A stretch of DNA of 44,917 nt. It comes from an uncultured Eubacteriales bacterium. GTDB lineage: Bacteria; Bacillota; Clostridia; Christensenellales; CAG-138. The stretch is taken from the NCBI GenBank assembly GCA_902790115.1, contig CADAQS010000003.1, forward strand, positions 1 through 44,917. Direction: 5' to 3'. Position numbers and translations under genes: made by a program. Shown here piece by piece: positions 41,515-44,917 of this stretch. The notes beneath the pieces were generated by a model. It was not told the DNA's origin and ran no database searches. It saw only the letters and a program-made list of their open reading frames with translations. How positions within the stretch are numbered: the first letter of the stretch is position 1; the number at the start of each line of letters is the position of its first letter.

Positions 41515-42909
41515 ATGACCGACCTGACCGAAACCGTTCGTTCGCTTGTTTCGAACAAGCGCTTTTCCACCCTAAGGGATCTCTTTGCCACGATGAACGC
41601 GGCGGATATCGCTCCGATCCTCAGCGATCAGAAGGAGAGCGACCTTCCGCTGCTGTTTCGCTTGCTCTCGACCGAGACGGCGGCCGAAACGTTCGTCGAG
41701 ATGAGCCCGGCAGAGCAGGAGGTTCTGATCCGGGGCTTTTCCGATACCGAACTGAAAGCCGTCCTTGACGAGCTGTTCCTGGACGACGCCGTTGACATCA
41801 TCGAGGAGATGCCGGGTATTTTAGTGCCGCGTATCTTAAAGGCCGCAGATCCCGAATCGCGCAACCTGATCAATGAACTTTTGAAGTATCCGGAGGACTC
41901 CGCGGGCAGCATCATGACGCCGGAGTTCGTCTCGCTGTCCCCGCAGGAGACGGTCGAGGAGGCGATCGGAGAGATTCGCCGCACCGGACTGGATAAGGAA
42001 ACGATCAACGTCTGCTATGTGGCGCGCGCCGACCGAACGCTCGTCGGATCGGTTACGATCCGGCGGATTCTGCTGTCCGAGCCGGATCAGCGCATCGGCG
42101 AGATTGCGGACACGAACGTGATCACCTGTCAGACGACCGACGACCAGGAGACCGTCGCGCAGATGCTCTCGAAGTACGACTTGATCGCCATGCCGGTTGT
42201 GGACAACGAGAAGCACATCGTCGGTATCGTTACGATCGACGACGCCATCGACGTTCTGCAGGAGGAGAACACCGAGGATATTGAAAAGATGGCTGCTATT
42301 ACGCCGTCTGACCGCCCGTACCTCGAGACGACGGTTTCGAGCCTGTTTCTGCACCGCATTCCATGGCTGCTGCTGTTAATGATTACCTCCACCCTGACCG
42401 AGTTGATCATCAGCCATTTTACAGACAAGCTGAGCTTTTTCGGCCCGATCGCAAGCGCGATGCTGATCGCCTGCATCCCGATGCTGATGGATACCGGCGG
42501 CAACGCGGGCGGGCAGAGCTCCGCAACCGTGATCCGCGGACTTTCGCTCGGCGAGATCGAGTTCTCCGATTTCTTCCGCGTGATCGGCAAGGAACTGATC
42601 GTCGCGGTGATGAGCGGCGCGGTTCTTGCCATCGTGAACTTTGCGAAAATGATCCTCGTCAACGTGATCCTGTATCATTACAGCGGACCCGATTTAGTCA
42701 CCTACATAGTCGCTTCGATCACAATCTCGCTCGCAATCCTTTTGACGATCCTTGTCGCGAAGTTCTCGGGCAGCATGCTGCCGATGCTTGCCAAGAAGAT
42801 CGGCTTCGACCCGGCGGTCATGGCGGCGCCGTTCATCACGACGATGATCGACGTGACCTCGCTGCTGCTGCTGTTCGGCCTTGCGAACCTGATCCTGCAG
42901 CGCCTGTAA
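41515..42909 (+). CDS. mgtE: Magnesium transporter MgtE
   Basis: Starts MTDLTETVRS. N-domain, CBS pair, and TM domain with MDTGGNAGGQS. Confidence 0.92.
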   Translation: MTDLTETVRSLVSNKRFSTLRDLFATMNAADIAPILSDQKESDLPLLFRLLSTETAAETFVEMSPAEQEVLIRGFSDTELKAVLDELFLDDAVDIIEEMPGILVPRILKAADPESRNLINELLKYPEDSAGSIMTPEFVSLSPQETVEEAIGEIRRTGLDKETINVCYVARADRTLVGSVTIRRILLSEPDQRIGEIADTNVITCQTTDDQETVAQMLSKYDLIAMPVVDNEKHIVGIVTIDDAIDVLQEENTEDIEKMAAITPSDRPYLETTVSSLFLHRIPWLLLLMITSTLTELIISHFTDKLSFFGPIASAMLIACIPMLMDTGGNAGGQSSATVIRGLSLGEIEFSDFFRVIGKELIVAVMSGAVLAIVNFAKMILVNVILYHYSGPDLVTYIVASITISLAILLTILVAKFSGSMLPMLAKKIGFDPAVMAAPFITTMIDVTSLLLLFGLANLILQRL

Positions 42910-42924
42910 AAAGAAGAACGAAGC

Positions 42925-42954
42925 GGAGCTGCCCAAGAGCAGCTTCTTGTTTTT
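42925..42954 (+). terminator. Intrinsic terminator after mgtE
   Basis: GGAGCTGC / GCAGCTTC stem followed by TTGTTTTT. Confidence 0.75.
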
Positions 42955-42977
42955 GCCAACAATCGACGGAACAGGTA

Positions 42978-43006
42978 TTGACAAACCCCAATCGTGGTGG
43001 TATTAT
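42978..43006 (+). promoter_or_regulatory. Candidate promoter of the SPFH operon
   Basis: TTGACA, 17-nt spacer, TGg-TATTAT. Confidence 0.6.
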
Positions 43007-43053
43007 CATGATGATATCAAAAAGATATCACAAAGCTTGGGGAGGACAATACC

Positions 43054-44064
43054 ATGAAAGAAATCGAACTGAAGAACCGCAAAAACGGCATGCTCGTCAT
43101 GCTTGTGACGATCGTGCTGTATGTGCTCGCCGTCGTCGGCATGATCTTCGGCGGGCGGAAGATGGATGCGGGCGGCAATCCGCTGCTGTTCGCTGTCAGC
43201 TTCATCTGGCTGTTCATCGGATGGATTCCGCTTCCCGGTCTGAAAGTTTTGAAGCCCCAGGAAGCGCTTGTTTTGACCCTGTTCGGCAAGTATATCGGCA
43301 CGCTGAAGGGCGAGGGATTCTATTTTGTGAACCCGTTCTGCTCGGCGGTGAACCCGGCTGCCAAGACGAAGCTGAGCCAGAGCGGCGACGTTTCGACGGT
43401 GCATATGATCGCGGAGGCCGGCAAGAATGCACAGTCGGCCGAGCTTGCCAATAAGAAGCTGTCGCTCAAGATTATGACGCTGTCGAACAACCGGCAGAAG
43501 ATCAACGACTGCCTCGGCAATCCGATCGAGATCGGCATCGCGGTCACGTGGCGTATCGTGGACACGGCAAAAGCGGTGTTCAACGTGGACAACTATAAGG
43601 AATATCTGTCGCTCCAGTGCGACGCGGCGCTGCGAAATGTGGTCCGGCTGTACCCTTACGATGTCGCGCCGAACGTGGATACAACCGGCGACGGTGTGGC
43701 GGACGACGGCAGCCTCCGCGGCTCGAGCGAGATTGTTGCAGGCAGGATCCGCGAGGAGATCCAGGCGCGCGTGCAGGAAGCCGGCATCGAGATTGTCGAA
43801 GCGCGCATCACGTATCTTGCCTATGCGCCGGAGATCGCGGCGGTCATGTTGCAGCGGCAGCAGGCTTCGGCTATCATCGACGCGCGAAAGATGATCGTAG
43901 ACGGCGCGGTCGGCATGGTGGAGATGGCGCTCGATCGCCTGAACGAGAAGGGTACCGTTGTGCTCGACGAGGAGCGCAAAGCGGCGATGGTCTCGAATCT
44001 GCTGGTCGTGCTTTGCGGCAACCACGATGCGCAGCCGGTGGTCAATTCGGGCAGCCTGTACTGA
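43054..44064 (+). CDS. SPFH/Band 7 domain membrane protein
   Basis: N-terminal TM hairpin, then an SPFH core ([31 protein letters not shown]..., [20 protein letters not shown]). RBS GGGGAGG. Confidence 0.85.
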   Translation: MKEIELKNRKNGMLVMLVTIVLYVLAVVGMIFGGRKMDAGGNPLLFAVSFIWLFIGWIPLPGLKVLKPQEALVLTLFGKYIGTLKGEGFYFVNPFCSAVNPAAKTKLSQSGDVSTVHMIAEAGKNAQSAELANKKLSLKIMTLSNNRQKINDCLGNPIEIGIAVTWRIVDTAKAVFNVDNYKEYLSLQCDAALRNVVRLYPYDVAPNVDTTGDGVADDGSLRGSSEIVAGRIREEIQARVQEAGIEIVEARITYLAYAPEIAAVMLQRQQASAIIDARKMIVDGAVGMVEMALDRLNEKGTVVLDEERKAAMVSNLLVVLCGNHDAQPVVNSGSLY

Positions 44065-44094
44065 TGCGCGGCACCGGTTCGGAGGAGACCCGGC

Positions 44095-44325
44095 ATGAAC
44101 GAATCGACAAAGAAACAAGTCCCTTTGCGGCTGTCGCCTCGTTTGTATGAGGCGATCGCTGCATGGGCGGAGGATGATTTCCGCTCGGTCAACGGGCAGA
44201 TCGAATACCTGCTGACCGAGTGTGTGAAGCAGCGCAAAAAGAACGGCCGCTACGTTTCGACCGAACTGGACGCGCCGCTCGACGTTGCGCTGCCAATCGA
44301 TACGCGCAGCAAACAGGACGAATAA
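44095..44325 (+). CDS. Ribbon-helix-helix (Arc/MetJ-type) DNA-binding protein
   Basis: [35 protein letters not shown] shows a beta-alpha-alpha pattern. RBS GGAGGAG. Confidence 0.7.
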   Translation: MNESTKKQVPLRLSPRLYEAIAAWAEDDFRSVNGQIEYLLTECVKQRKKNGRYVSTELDAPLDVALPIDTRSKQDE

Positions 44326-44342
44326 GGAGGGAAGAGAACGGA

Positions 44343-44917
44343 ATGGAGCAACTGACGAACCAGGCGGTGCAGCCTGTCGAAACGAAAACAATCGAGATGA
44401 AGCGCGCATACAACCGGGGCGGACTCGGTCTCGGCGCGCTGTATCTGATCTTTCAGCAGATCGGATCGGTCTTTCTGATCATCGCCGCGGTGATCGGCGC
44501 GATGATAGCGATCGTGCCGAATATCGATCGGTTTTCCGGCTTTGCCGGGGACATGGAAGGCATTCTCGAACTTTTACGGGTATCGAACGTCATGCCGTGG
44601 ATCGTGGCGGCGTATGTGATCGGCATGGTCGTCGGCATGATCGTCGGCTTGCTTGTCATGCGCAGGATTCTGACCAAGCGCGTCCCGATCGAGCGGAAAA
44701 ACCTCGGCTTTGGCGAGTTCCTGTGCATCGCACTGATCGCGTACGGCATCTGGGGCGTCGGCGCGGTGATCGGCAATCTGCCGTCGTTCTTCGGTGTGAC
44801 CGAATCGAACGGTCTTGACGAGCTGCTGAACGGCTTGAAGCAGCAGGCTTGGCCGATGTATCTGTATGTGTGTGTCGGCGCGCCGGTGTTTGAGGAACTG
44901 GCCTGCCGGAAGCTGCT
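44343..44917 (+). CDS. CPBP family intramembrane glutamic endopeptidase (CAAX/Abi-type), 3'-truncated by the window edge; not in the ORF track
   Basis: My own translation: MEQLTNQAVQPVETK..., multiple TM segments, and the EExxxR motif (PVFEELACRK) at the window end. RBS AAGGAGGG. Confidence 0.75.
   Translation, partial: MEQLTNQAVQPVETKTIEMKRAYNRGGLGLGALYLIFQQIGSVFLIIAAVIGAMIAIVPNIDRFSGFAGDMEGILELLRVSNVMPWIVAAYVIGMVVGMIVGLLVMRRILTKRVPIERKNLGFGEFLCIALIAYGIWGVGAVIGNLPSFFGVTESNGLDELLNGLKQQAWPMYLYVCVGAPVFEELACRKL

Noticed and set aside
1-44917. Mobile elements, CRISPR arrays, rRNA or tRNA genes
   Set aside because: I found no transposase, integrase or recombinase-like translation, no regularly spaced direct repeats apart from the coding PT repeat, and no rRNA or tRNA signatures on either strand.

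Overview
GC-rich chromosomal segment from a spore-forming Clostridia-type Firmicute; spo0A, sigH and the mrnC-rlmB-sigH synteny are all present. I can support about 43 protein-coding genes and found no rRNA, tRNA, CRISPR array, transposase or integrase. Left to right: a 5'-truncated Pro/Thr-repeat surface protein; an AlaX-type tRNA-editing protein coupled to an AEC transporter; metQ-metN-metI behind a long terminator-containing leader; rsmG-mnmG; yhaM; a PlsC-like acyltransferase; a second AEC transporter; a DUF3842-GNAT pair; spo0A. Next comes a low-GC patch holding the 3' remnant of an MmeI-family restriction-modification gene and a dense DnaA-box cluster. Then holA and rpsF-ssb-rpsR, followed by a tightly packed 8-gene array: mrnC, rlmB, sigH, a small membrane protein, a nitroreductase, a TlpA-like thioredoxin, a 48-aa CXXC peptide (absent from the ORF track) and a membrane 4Fe-4S protein. 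After that: an M32 carboxypeptidase; convergent trkA-trkH and ktrB-ktrA K+ uptake systems; a second low-GC islet (XRE regulator plus two zinc-ribbon proteins); thrC; the ssnA-ygfK-XdhD-like molybdenum hydroxylase cluster; a lipoprotein; mgtE behind a structured leader; and an SPFH, ribbon-helix-helix and CPBP protease trio. The items most worth follow-up are the DnaA-box cluster in a convergent intergenic gap, the thioredoxin/CXXC-peptide/polyferredoxin module, and the two unclassified attenuator leaders (metQ, mgtE). Many long ORFs in the track are antisense artefacts of high GC and are rejected. All homology calls rest on motif recognition by eye; no searches were run.
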